From: an uncultured cyanobacterium
Lineage (GTDB): Bacteria; Cyanobacteriota; Cyanobacteriia; Cyanobacteriales; CAWCAG01
Reading direction: 5' to 3'
Length of the DNA stretch: 64,000 nt
NCBI GenBank assembly: GCA_963803805.1
Contig: CAWDOD010000002.1
Coordinates: 1,024,001-1,088,000 of the forward strand
Under the pieces are notes generated by a model. The model saw only the letters and a program-made list of their open reading frames with translations, was not told the DNA's origin and did no database searches. Positions 29,963-39,525 of this stretch are shown piece after piece (positions within the stretch are counted from its first letter, which is position 1; each line of letters opens with the position of its first letter). The position numbers and the translations under genes are program-made.

Positions 29963-29991
29963 GCGTAGGCAAAGCCCGCCGAAGGCATCGC
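29963..29991 (+). mobile_element. 21-nt small dispersed repeat inserted in a HIP1 site (SDR5-type)
   Basis: GCG + TAGGCAAAGCCCGCCGAAGGC (29966-29986, 21 nt) + ATCGC; removing the 21 nt restores GCGATCGC. Confidence 0.7.
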
Positions 29992-30057
29992 AACTTATAA
30001 CCAAAACCTGCAATTTTTGATGAAAGGCCATAACAGAATTAATCTGTCTGAGCAATT

Positions 30058-30633
30058 ATGACATATATTGTAGAGCAACAAAAAGATCAACGGCTAATCC
30101 ACTCTGGAGTGAATTGGCATAGCTTCAAGTCAATTCAAGGAGGATTCGTAAACTCTCCAGGAATCCAACTTTTTTACTATAGGGGTGAGGTGGAAATCTT
30201 GGCTGTTTCCCAAGAGCATGAAGTTTTCAGTGGTGTTCTTGCACTTTTGTTAGGTACTTATTTTGTAGAAAAAGGAATTGAGTTCACCCCAACAGGTAGC
30301 TTTACCCAAGAGAAGGAGGCAGAGGTATCTGTACAAGCAGATCAATCTTACCTGATTGGTAAAACCTCTGGAGCGATCGCAGACCTTTCTATAGAAATTG
30401 TCTTTACCAGTGGCAACGAAAGTAAACTAAGGCGTTACCAAGCCTTAGAAGTGCCGGAAGTTTGGTTTTGGGAAGATGGTGTGTTTGCGCTGTATTATTT
30501 GCGAGGAGATGGTTACGAGAAAATTTCCCGAAGTGAAGTTTTGCCAGGTTTAGATATTAATTTGTTGTCTCGATGTCTGATGATGAGTTCTAAAGTTGAG
30601 GCAGTTAAGAAGTTTCGACGGGGTATTTCTTAG
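30058..30633 (+). CDS. Uma2-family (DUF820) endonuclease-fold protein
   Basis: QADQSY, DLSIEIVFTSG, Y..L.VPEVWFW. Confidence 0.88.
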   Translation: MTYIVEQQKDQRLIHSGVNWHSFKSIQGGFVNSPGIQLFYYRGEVEILAVSQEHEVFSGVLALLLGTYFVEKGIEFTPTGSFTQEKEAEVSVQADQSYLIGKTSGAIADLSIEIVFTSGNESKLRRYQALEVPEVWFWEDGVFALYYLRGDGYEKISRSEVLPGLDINLLSRCLMMSSKVEAVKKFRRGIS

Positions 30634-30675
30634 GCTGGGGAGTTGAACTAATAAAAGCTAGGAGGCAAACACATT

Positions 30676-31251
30676 ATGATTGCAGCAAAAGACAATTTAC
30701 CACAACTCACCCCAGAAGAGTACTTTGCTTGGGAAGAAAAGCAATTAGAAAAGCATGAGTATATTGATGGTGAAGTCTATGCCATGAGTGGCGGCAGCAA
30801 AAATCATAGTTTAATCTCCGTCAGATTCATTACTTTGCTTGCCAATCATCTAGAAGGAAGTAGCTGCGAAACTGGTAATTCAGACCTAAGAGTTAACATC
30901 GTTAAAACTAATGATTATACCTATCCAGATGTTAGCGTAACCTGTGATGAACGGGATAAGACAACGACTCAATACATAACCTATCCCTGTTTAATTGTTG
31001 AGGTTTTATCAAGTAGCACTGAAGCTTATGATAGAGGTGGTAAGTTTAGAATGTATCGTAAAAACCCCGTTTTAAAAGACTATTTATTAGTTAGCTCTAC
31101 CCGTAGGGAAATAGATTTATATCACAAAAATGATGCAGGTGAATGGGTGATTATAAATTACCAAGAAGGGGATACTATAGAACTCAAAAGTATTAACCTC
31201 AGTTTCCCTGTTGAGCAAGTTTATCGTGGTATTACTTTCACTCCAGAGTAG
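30676..31251 (+). CDS. Uma2-family endonuclease-fold protein
   Basis: HEYIDGEVYAMSGG, YPDVSVTC, PCLIVEVLS.STEAYDRG.KF..YR. Confidence 0.92.
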   Translation: MIAAKDNLPQLTPEEYFAWEEKQLEKHEYIDGEVYAMSGGSKNHSLISVRFITLLANHLEGSSCETGNSDLRVNIVKTNDYTYPDVSVTCDERDKTTTQYITYPCLIVEVLSSSTEAYDRGGKFRMYRKNPVLKDYLLVSSTRREIDLYHKNDAGEWVIINYQEGDTIELKSINLSFPVEQVYRGITFTPE

Positions 31252-31318
31252 GCAACAGGCAATAGACAAAAGGGAAAAAAGAAATTTGCCTCTCAATTTT
31301 AGTTTTCAATTGCATCAA

Positions 31319-31570
31319 TCATCCTAGCCTTCCTAATTCCCTTAAATTTTTCAAATCAAGTTCAAAGTCCTCAACATCATAAGAATAAAGAGGAATTTCG
31401 TGCTGTTTGAGAAGTTGACAAAAGTTCTTTGGTTGCATATGTGCCAACTGGCTAGCATAGCCTAAAGTTAACCGATTTGTTCGGAACAGATATAAGGCAA
31501 TTTCCTGGCAAAATTCCTTGGGTGTGAGTTGGGAAGCTTGTAGGATTTCGTCTGAAATAACGATACTCAT
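31319..31570 (-). CDS. UPF0175-family protein (putative antitoxin)
   Basis: EIALYLF....LTLG.A..LA.M....F..LL....IP..YD.EDF..DL..L. Confidence 0.8.
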   Translation of the reverse strand: MSIVISDEILQASQLTPKEFCQEIALYLFRTNRLTLGYASQLAHMQPKNFCQLLKQHEIPLYSYDVEDFELDLKNLRELGRLG

Positions 31571-31666
31571 AAACAGGGGTTGTTTTATCAATTTTTCTTT
31601 AGCTTATCTCATCCTATCCCCGCGAAACTGACAGTTATGCCAGAGGTTTATGGCTTCAGATGAGTT

Positions 31667-31838
31667 TTAATTTTCGATTGCATCAATTTCCATCTGGGCA
31701 AAGTGTTCCATTAACATCCGATGCATGAAGATGTAGCAACCTCCTACTGTTAACCAAGCCAACTGTGTGTCGTTGCTAAGGCAGTGTAGAATCTTATTTT
31801 ATAACTTTAAGGTATTTTGATCAGGAGAACGAATCTCA
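31667..31838 (-). pseudogene. Chimeric relic: Uma2 fragment joined to a NACHT-protein C-terminal tail
   Basis: Minus strand reads EIRSPDQNTLKL*NKILHCLSNDTQLAWL (Uma2-like), running into TVGGCYIFMHRMLMEHFAQMEIDAIEN* (like VGGGYIF.HRML.EHFA of cyanobacterial NACHT proteins). Confidence 0.55.
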
Positions 31839-31848
31839 CTCAATTAAC

Positions 31849-33666
31849 CTATTTAGTATTCCAACGATTGAAAAGTTCTTTATATTGCTTAGGCTTTATC
31901 TCATCAACGCTTGAACCTATGCGTTGATAAAATTTGTCATCATATGTGATTGGTTCTTCTTTAGCACTTAAACTAAACAACACCACAGTTTTATTTAAAT
32001 AATTAATTATTTTGATATTTCTACCAATATTATCTTTAGTGCTTTTTTCAATTTTTTGAGAGCTAAGTTTTTGAATTAGCCAACGAACAAATTCATCAAT
32101 ACTTCCCTTTAATTTTTCAGCTTCATGTTCTATGCCTGTGATTTTAAAGCCCTTGTATTTTACAGGTTCAACTTTATAAAACTGTTCAATTCTCTTCGCT
32201 GTTTTTTCATTATCTGCTACTCCAACACAAACATAGCCAGTTGCATTGGGTGAATGATTAGCCATTGCTGTAAGAGTTTTGATTATTTTATCAAAATTAC
32301 CTTGATCAAATTCTCTTTCTCCATCTATTTTTGTAAAACCTTGCTTGAAATCATATAAAGTCTGTTCAGTTTTGGATTTGGTGAGTAAAGTTTCAAACTC
32401 TGTTATCCAGCAATCATAAGCAGGATCTTCAGTATTTCTCTTTTTGAAAAACTCTCTAACGATACCTTTTATTTTCTTGATATTGCGTATTTTATTTTGA
32501 TAAGACCAAGTAGGACCACTAGGCGTATCTATATCTTTCTTTATATTTTTCAAAGAGTCTATTAAACCATCACAGTCAGATATTTCCATCTTTTCTTCAA
32601 CAATTAAATCATAGAAAGCTAGAAAAACTATTTGAAAAGGACGTGGTATGTATTTTAAATTACTTCTGCATATAAGATTATTGAAAGTTTTGTTAGACTC
32701 CCTTAATATCTTACGAAGATTATCGTAGATTAAAATAAATTGTTGTTTAATTAAGTCAGGCTCTTTTAACTTCAAAGCAGCTTCTATTTTCTTCTCTTCT
32801 TCTATTATTTCCTTTGTATTACCTTTTCTAAATCCATAATAGCCATCTAAAACTGAGGCATTGCTTCTTGGAGTTTCAGATAGTAGCATATAAGCAAGAA
32901 TATCAGCTACAATTTCTTCATCTTTTGATTCTCTCAGCATTTCTTTTGTTAATATTTTATTCTTTACCCAAAAGATGTCGTCTACTCTAATACCATATGG
33001 AAGCTTTTTATTAGTTATACTAATCTCTTTCATATTGTTAAGAAGAAGAATATCAGAATCTGATGTGTCAGTTCTTATTTGGGTAGAAATTAGTCTAACT
33101 AAGTTGGCAAATCTAGAAGTTGCACCGGCCGATCTTAGCTCTTGCTTAGATAGATGCTTACCATTAGAGTTAATTCTTCTAAATACTTCGTCAACTTTTT
33201 TGTTATCATCAAATGAATAGACAGAAAGTGGAATAACATAGCTTGCTATTAACTCACAAGACTTTCTTTCAAGAATAGGATGGTTTTGTTCTAAGTTTCC
33301 TTCATCCAAGCAAGATTTAGATTCTACCATGGTTTGTAAATCAAAATACTTACCATTTATATCAAATTCTCCTTCAATAAAAGATACAATAGCGTTTAGT
33401 CTTTGCATCCCATCTATAATCTCAAATATAGGGATATTTTCTTTTTTAGTTTCAGCAAGTAGAATTATAGGTACAGGAAATCCTTGAAGAATTGAATCAA
33501 TGAAAGCCGTTTTCTCTTCAATATTCCAAACCAGCTTCCTCTGATATCTCCTATTAACGAAAAAAACGTTATTTATATAAAAGTTATATATTCTCTGAAC
33601 AGGTTCGCTTCTGATAGAAAGTTCTTTTTGATGACTAGAAGATAAAGATATATTCGGTTTAGACAT
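31849..33666 (-). CDS. DUF262 (GmrS/ParB-like) plus C-terminal AlbA_2/Schlafen-like domain protein
   Basis: N-terminal YQRKLVW, FIDSILQGFPVP, IIDGMQRL, FRRINSNG; C-terminal DFKQ..., KTLTAMAN..GYVCVGVADN, ITGI, FYQRIGSS. Confidence 0.78.
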   Translation of the reverse strand: MSKPNISLSSSHQKELSIRSEPVQRIYNFYINNVFFVNRRYQRKLVWNIEEKTAFIDSILQGFPVPIILLAETKKENIPIFEIIDGMQRLNAIVSFIEGEFDINGKYFDLQTMVESKSCLDEGNLEQNHPILERKSCELIASYVIPLSVYSFDDNKKVDEVFRRINSNGKHLSKQELRSAGATSRFANLVRLISTQIRTDTSDSDILLLNNMKEISITNKKLPYGIRVDDIFWVKNKILTKEMLRESKDEEIVADILAYMLLSETPRSNASVLDGYYGFRKGNTKEIIEEEKKIEAALKLKEPDLIKQQFILIYDNLRKILRESNKTFNNLICRSNLKYIPRPFQIVFLAFYDLIVEEKMEISDCDGLIDSLKNIKKDIDTPSGPTWSYQNKIRNIKKIKGIVREFFKKRNTEDPAYDCWITEFETLLTKSKTEQTLYDFKQGFTKIDGEREFDQGNFDKIIKTLTAMANHSPNATGYVCVGVADNEKTAKRIEQFYKVEPVKYKGFKITGIEHEAEKLKGSIDEFVRWLIQKLSSQKIEKSTKDNIGRNIKIINYLNKTVVLFSLSAKEEPITYDDKFYQRIGSSVDEIKPKQYKELFNRWNTK

Positions 33667-33732
33667 AAATCATTTCCTTAACAAGCAAAAGAAAAACCAC
33701 ATAATACTATAACGAACCTATAAACTTGATGC

Positions 33733-34521
33733 CTAAAGAGAAACTTCTTCAATCTCTGCGATAGAAGTTAACCAATCTTCTTTGCTTAAAGATAATTTAG
33801 TTTCTGAAGTACGGTTACACCGTGCTGCAAAATGACAGTATTGGCATTCTCCTTTAGATTCTGGCACTTGAGGAAAAGGAATTCCTTTACTGAGATAATT
33901 ATTTAACCAAACATCAAGTTGAGTAAGTAAAGTAATTAAATCTTGTTCCGTTTGTTCGTGCTGTGCTTGACTATATTGAAAGGTCAGAGATTGAGGTTTT
34001 CTCGGTAATTTCACAAACCAGTAAGTTAAAGAAACTTGTTCTGGTAAATAATCAGAAGTTTCCACTAACAAATATAAATATAAGCGGGTTTGCCAATTTT
34101 TTCTTAATACTTCTTGGTTTTCTGGTTGTAAATACGTCTTCCAATCAAGAATTTGTCCTCGATCTGTTTCGGCAATTAGTAAGTCATAAATAACACTTAA
34201 TAAATACCCTTGAAAGTTCAAAGTACGATAATGTTCTGCTTCTCGCCAAACTTGAGAATTAAGAGCAAAAATTTCTGGGGCAGCTTCGATTAACGCATGG
34301 ATAGAGGACTTAAGTTGTTGATCTTCTGTAAACAAAGCTTCAATGGGTAAGCCTAACTCCCTTTGCTGCATTAAGGTATGAAAACGATTTCCCCAAGTAA
34401 CTTTGTCTTGTTGCTCTGGACTCAAAGGAAAATTTAACCCGTCGAAATAAGTGTGTTGAAATTTACGAGGACAGGTATTTAGTAAGTTGAGTTGCCCTTG
34501 GGAAAGACGAGTTAATATCAT
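33733..34521 (-). CDS. PD-(D/E)XK nuclease family protein (PDDEXK_1, RecB/Cas4-like)
   Basis: LSQ..LN....CPR, G..FH, YDLL...ILDWKT, Q..LY, C-terminal CQYCHF..RC. Confidence 0.85.
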   Translation of the reverse strand: MILTRLSQGQLNLLNTCPRKFQHTYFDGLNFPLSPEQQDKVTWGNRFHTLMQQRELGLPIEALFTEDQQLKSSIHALIEAAPEIFALNSQVWREAEHYRTLNFQGYLLSVIYDLLIAETDRGQILDWKTYLQPENQEVLRKNWQTRLYLYLLVETSDYLPEQVSLTYWFVKLPRKPQSLTFQYSQAQHEQTEQDLITLLTQLDVWLNNYLSKGIPFPQVPESKGECQYCHFAARCNRTSETKLSLSKEDWLTSIAEIEEVSL

Positions 34522-34844
34522 TGAGCATTAAATTGAGCATTAAATGGAATAGGGAATAGTCACTCTTTCAACAGAAAATAGAGGTTTTGAGAAATTCCCT
34601 AGGTAACTTCCAATTTGTTAAATCGCCTTCTAGCGATGAAAGAGCAAGTATATATATACTAATTTTATAGCTTCTCTTTTAGGCATTTCAATTATGATGG
34701 TTCCAAGACATTCCTAAGTAAAAAAAATATCGAGTACTTTTACTTAAAACCCTAATTACAATGTAGTTTAAGATACTAAAAATCTCTCTAATTTGCCAAT
34801 TTAGAAATTTCTATAAATATTGGCTATTTGTTAGTAATTTATTA

Positions 34845-35432
34845 TTATTTCTCTTTCGTTAGGACGAAGACACTCCCCTCATTTCCTCTGCCTACACGCA
34901 GATCCTCATCAAGATAAGTAATATCCAACCAACCCTGTTGTTCACGGCTTTTGATACTAAAGTCAAGAGGAGAGAACTTTTGTCCAGTCTCAATTTGCTC
35001 AATAAACTCGTTGACTGATTGATAGTTAAGTAAGCGCTGTAGCCCAATTATAGAGCGTTCAAACCTAACATTTACCCGATACTCAGAGACTGGTGTGAAA
35101 CCCGCTACTACAGAAACTAATCCTTCTAAAAAGGGTATTCCCATCACCTCAGCAATATTGTAAACTCTAGCTCTAGAGGTGCGGATACATTGATAAATCT
35201 GACCAAGTTGCAGTAAGGGGAAGCGATCTAAACCCAATAGACTGTTACTGGTGGTATAAAGTAGCCTCCAGTTCCCTTCTAAGAGTTCGCTAGCCTCTAT
35301 AGGGTTGGGAGTAGGATTAGTATCCTCTAGCTGAGATACTGCTGAAAGAATAGCCGCTTTGTCTATTTCGGTAGCCAGTAAGCCACGGTTTTTGCCAGCG
35401 ATCGCCCCTAGTAACTCAGCTTTTTTGCTCAC
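34845..35432 (-). CDS. PAP/fibrillin family protein
   Basis: NRGL, LE..NPTP.P, L.GNWRLLYT, WLDITYLDEDLRVGRGN.GSVF.L. Confidence 0.92.
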   Translation of the reverse strand: MSKKAELLGAIAGKNRGLLATEIDKAAILSAVSQLEDTNPTPNPIEASELLEGNWRLLYTTSNSLLGLDRFPLLQLGQIYQCIRTSRARVYNIAEVMGIPFLEGLVSVVAGFTPVSEYRVNVRFERSIIGLQRLLNYQSVNEFIEQIETGQKFSPLDFSIKSREQQGWLDITYLDEDLRVGRGNEGSVFVLTKEK

Positions 35433-35712
35433 TGTTTTTTCTCAGAAATGGAATACCCGATAAGCCTTCTTTAGCAATCTACTTTTGGGTAGTTTAAGCT
35501 ATAGTGCTGCTCATTATCTTCTATCTATCGGAGCTAATTTGCAACGATACTTTAAGTTTTATCCCAAAGATAAACTTTTTTCCCCGATTTCTCTAACACA
35601 ACTATGTAGATGAGAATCATATGGTACATCGGGGTTGCTCTAAGGGAGTTTAATGGTAAACTCTACTGTATTTAACTGTTACGATTCTTAAATTAGTAAA
35701 CCTAACTACCTG

Positions 35713-35949
35713 ATGCACAATCCTTCTTTAACTCAAGAAACTCGTTACGAACCAGCGAAAGTTATTCCCCTCAAGCAAGAATTTTCTTTATTAGATTGGT
35801 TGGAAGCCAACGGGCGTTTAATAGCGAGGGACGATAATGCTGGGAAAGTTTTACCAGATAGCGATGAAGAAATATCGGATCTTATGGAGAACGATGACCC
35901 TGACTTTGACGATGACGATGATGATGATGAAGAAGATTTGGAAGATTAA
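35713..35949 (+). CDS. Small acidic conserved cyanobacterial protein (DUF3134-like)
   Basis: NPSL..E.R..PA.VIP......LLDWLE..GRL..R with an acidic tail; upstream of mraY. Confidence 0.7.
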   Translation: MHNPSLTQETRYEPAKVIPLKQEFSLLDWLEANGRLIARDDNAGKVLPDSDEEISDLMENDDPDFDDDDDDDEEDLED

Positions 35950-36070
35950 GCTACATCCTTAGTTGATGGTAGTTTAATCAATTTTGTTCCAGAATTTTAC
36001 TGGGCATCATAACCATGGTGTAGTTCAAGCAAAAAGTATTGAGATTTATTGGTGTTGAGTGAGTTGAGTT

Positions 36071-37164
36071 GTGGACGCTAAATTTTTTACAAGATCACCT
36101 TTAAGGATATCCGGAGCAACCCTGTTAGCTTTATTAGCCTTTTTGTTAACCCTGTTTGCAATTATCTTTGATTGGGCTGTTGCTCCTTACCTAGATGCTA
36201 GGATGTCGATGTTTGTGCCTTTAGGAATTTGCGCTTTAGTCAGTGCTGCTTTAGGTTATTGGGCAGTGCCTCTGTTACAGGATTTGAAAACAGGGCAGAT
36301 TATTCGTGAAGATGGGCCTCAAGCTCATTTAAAGAAGGCAGGAACCCCAACAATGGGAGGAGCCTTTTTTATTCCTGTGGCAGTGTTGTTTGCCTTGATT
36401 TTGTCTAGCTTTAACCCAGATGTAATTGCCGTTTCAGTAGTTACCTTGGCTTATGCAGCTATTGGTTGGGTAGATGATTGGCAAGTACTAAAACACAAGT
36501 CTAATAAAGGTATATCCCCGAAGATGAAACTGGCACTGCAAATTGCTTGTGCTATAATCTTTTGCCTTTGGCTGTCGGTCACAAAGTCCCCTGAATTTAC
36601 TGATTTGAGACTACCTTTAGGTATAATCATTCCCCTCGGAGCAATGTTTTGGCCTCTAGCAGGATTTGTGATGGTTGCTGAGAGTAATGCTACAAACTTA
36701 ACTGACGGAGTAGACGGACTAGCCGCAGGGACAGGAGCGATCGCTTGTCTAGGGTTAGGAGCAATGGTAGCTTCTAACTCTCCTGGTTTAGCAATTTTCT
36801 GTGTTTGCTTGAGCGGCGCTTGTCTAGGCTTTGTGGTACATAATCGCAACCCTGCAACGGTTTTTATGGGAGATACTGGCTCTTTAGCTTTAGGTGGTGC
36901 TTTGGCTGCTGTGGGAATCATTAGCCAAAACATCTGGGGTTTATTTATTATCAGTGGAATTTTCTTCATTGAATCGTTATCAGTAATCGCCCAAGTAGGT
37001 TACTACAAAGCAACTAAAGGCCCGGATGGCAAAGGAAAGCGCTTGTTGAGAATGGCTCCTTTGCACCATCATTTAGAATTGGGGGGTTCGCTGAAACTAA
37101 TATTGTTGGTGTATTTTACTTGATTAGTTCTGGATTGGTTATTTTACCTCTTATATTCTTTTAA
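36071..37164 (+). CDS. mraY: Phospho-N-acetylmuramoyl-pentapeptide transferase; frameshift in a G-run near the 3' end
   Basis: KAGTPTMGG, NLTDGVDGL, FMGDTGS, MAPLHHHLE. One extra G at 37081-37086 restores LGGFAETNIVGVFY... ending at 37164. Confidence 0.93.
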
Positions 37165-37197
37165 AGTTATTAGATTGCGTCTGCATTAATTTACGAG

Positions 37198-37228
37198 GAG
37201 GGAATTGGATTAATCCAGTTCCCTCTTT
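37198..37228 (+). terminator. Probable intrinsic terminator after mraY
   Basis: GAGGGAATTGGAT-ta-ATCCAGTTCCCTC hairpin followed by TTT. Confidence 0.65.
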
Positions 37229-37561
37229 AGTTATTAATATTGGTATCTGTTGCAAGAATTACTACAATAGATTTGATTGGAAATAGTGGAGAAAACTTCA
37301 AGAAATAGCCCTATTTCTATCATGTCTATCTATGCCTTGTTACAGATTTGTCTTTCCATATCCCTATTCCTTTCGACTTAAATTAGTAGCTAAAAGGTTT
37401 AGGAAAGTTTCTATTGAAAAAATCTAAGTTAGACTACCATAGTTGATGGTTTGAGGAACAAAATAATCTGCCCATGACTCTTAGTTGTTAAAGAAAAAAA
37501 GCAGTTTGAAATTTATTTTTGAACCATTTAATCGCCCGGTTAGTGAGTAGATGCACGTAAT

Positions 37562-38560
37562 ATGCCCATAGATGTAACTATAGCCATTTGTACTTATAAC
37601 GGTGCTAAAAGGTTCCCTCAAGTCTTAGAAAAGCTGAAGCTTCAAAAGGGCATAGAGGGGATTAACTGGGAAATTCTTGTAGTTGATAACAACAGTAGTG
37701 ATGATACTCTCAAGATAGTCAAAAACCACCAAGAAAATTGGTCACAGAAATGTCATCTAAGATACCTTTTTGTTCCTCAACAAGGATTAGCAATCGCTAG
37801 GCAAAAAGCTGTAGAAGAAGCAAAGGGAGAATTAATAGGTTTTCTTGATGATGATAATTTACCCCATCTCCATTGGGTAGCAGCAGCCTATAGCTTTGGT
37901 CGCAATTATCCTCAAGCAGGAGCCTATGGTAGTCGGATTTATGGAGAATTTGAAACTTCTCCTCCAGATAATTTCCAGCGTATTGCTGCCTTCCTTGCTC
38001 TTACGGATTGAGGTTCACAGGTAAGGCTTTACTACCCTGAAAAAAAAGTTTTGCCTCCAGGAGCAGGTTTAGTAGTGCGTAAACAAGCTTGGCTAGCAAG
38101 CGTACCCAAAAATTGTTTTTTACAGGGGAGAGTGGCTGGTTGTCAGCTACCAGGAGAAGATTTAGAAGCCTTACTGCATATTCAAAAAGCCGATTGGGAA
38201 ATCTGGTATAACCCCAAAATGCAAGTTGATCATCAAATTCCTCAACATCGTTTAGAAAAAGAGCAATTACTTAATCTCTGTCGGGGAGTCGGTCTTAGTC
38301 GCTATCATACCCGAATGCTGAGTTTTTCAAGTTGGCAGTGGCCTTTTGTTTTTCCTCTTTATGTAATCAACGATCTGCGTAAGCTAATAGCTCATTTTTT
38401 CAAGTATGGCAAACAAATTAAAAGCGATACCGTAACAGCTTGCGAAATGGAGTTAATTGTCGGCAGCTTGATAAGTCCTTTTTACCTTGGTAAACAGTAT
38501 TTAAAACAAAACTTAGTAAATGGTGGTTTTGGAAGGGGAAATCTATGGATTTTACGGTGA
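37562..38560 (+). pseudogene. GT2 glycosyltransferase (HpsE-like) interrupted by an in-frame TGA at 38009-38011
   Basis: ORFs 37562-38011 and 38051-38560 are in the same frame. Read-through gives ALTD*GSQVRLYYPEKKVLPPGAGL, collinear with the paralog at 38545 (YNRGPKAF). Confidence 0.8.
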
Positions 38561-39522
38561 CAATTTGTACCTATAACGGAGCAAAACGTATCCCAGCGGT
38601 TTTAGAACATTTACAGAATCAGGTTGGTACAGAAAAGTTGCAGTGGGAAGTTATTGTGGTTGATAATAACAGCCAAGATAACACTGCTGGAATAGTGACA
38701 GAATATCAAAAGCAATGGCGAGAAGATTGTCAATTAAGGTATATTTTTGAGGGGCAACAAGGAGTTTCTTTTGCCCGAAATCGCGCCGTCAAAGAAGCGA
38801 AAAGTCATAGTTTGATTGGTTTTTTGGATGATGATAACCTTCCTGACCGTAATTGGGTAGCCCAAGCTTATTATTTTGGTCAAGAACATCCTCAAGCGGG
38901 AGCCTATGGTGGTATTATTCATGCCAAGCTAGACGAAACTCCACCCCCTTATTTCTCTCAAATAAAACTATTTTTCGCTATTTATAATCGTGGACCTAAA
39001 GCTTTTCAATACAAACGTAATGCTAAACCTCGACGCATCCCCGCAGCCCCAGGTTCAGTAATTAGGAAGCAAGCTTGGCAAGAATGTGTAGCCGACAAAC
39101 TCTTTTTGATGGGTAGAGACGAAGCGAAAAAAACTTTGCTTGGTGCTTGCGAAGATTTAGAAGTTATGTACCGTATTCAAAACAGTAACTGGGAAGTGTG
39201 GCATAACCCGAAGATGGAGATTTGGCATCACATTCCCAGCAGAAGGTTAGAAGCAGGATATTTACAAAAGGTAGCTTATACTTCCGGACTTTCTAATCAT
39301 TTATTACGCTTAGTTAGATTGCAGCCTTGGCAAAAACCTTTGATGATCTTTTTGCTACCTTTATACTTAGCTTCAGATGCTTATAAAGTTGGTTCTTACT
39401 ATTTGAAGCATAGAGATTTACTAGCAGAAGATATTAGTAAAGCTTGTGAGTTGCAATCTAGATTGGGCAAACTCTTAAGCCCTTTTGTTAGCTTGATCTT
39501 TATTGCTAGTGTTTTGAACTAA
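38545..39522 (+). CDS. GT2 glycosyltransferase (HpsE-like)
   Basis: ICTYNGA, VVDNNS.D, GFLDDDN, EDLE. Confidence 0.9.
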   Translation: MDFTVTICTYNGAKRIPAVLEHLQNQVGTEKLQWEVIVVDNNSQDNTAGIVTEYQKQWREDCQLRYIFEGQQGVSFARNRAVKEAKSHSLIGFLDDDNLPDRNWVAQAYYFGQEHPQAGAYGGIIHAKLDETPPPYFSQIKLFFAIYNRGPKAFQYKRNAKPRRIPAAPGSVIRKQAWQECVADKLFLMGRDEAKKTLLGACEDLEVMYRIQNSNWEVWHNPKMEIWHHIPSRRLEAGYLQKVAYTSGLSNHLLRLVRLQPWQKPLMIFLLPLYLASDAYKVGSYYLKHRDLLAEDISKACELQSRLGKLLSPFVSLIFIASVLN

Positions 39523-39525
39523 GAA

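Noticed and set aside
33733-34521. Cas4-like nuclease suggesting a CRISPR locus
   Set aside because: No cas1/cas2 or repeat-spacer array was seen; it fits a stand-alone cyanobacterial PDDEXK_1 protein.
36451-36969. 172-aa antisense ORF, and similar shadow ORFs such as 57527-57991, 25318-25665 and 7995-8312
   Set aside because: They lie wholly opposite well-supported genes and have no recognisable motifs.
38009-38011. Selenocysteine or programmed read-through at the TGA in the GT2 gene
   Set aside because: The position corresponds to Arg, not Cys, in the paralog, and no SECIS-like hairpin was evident.
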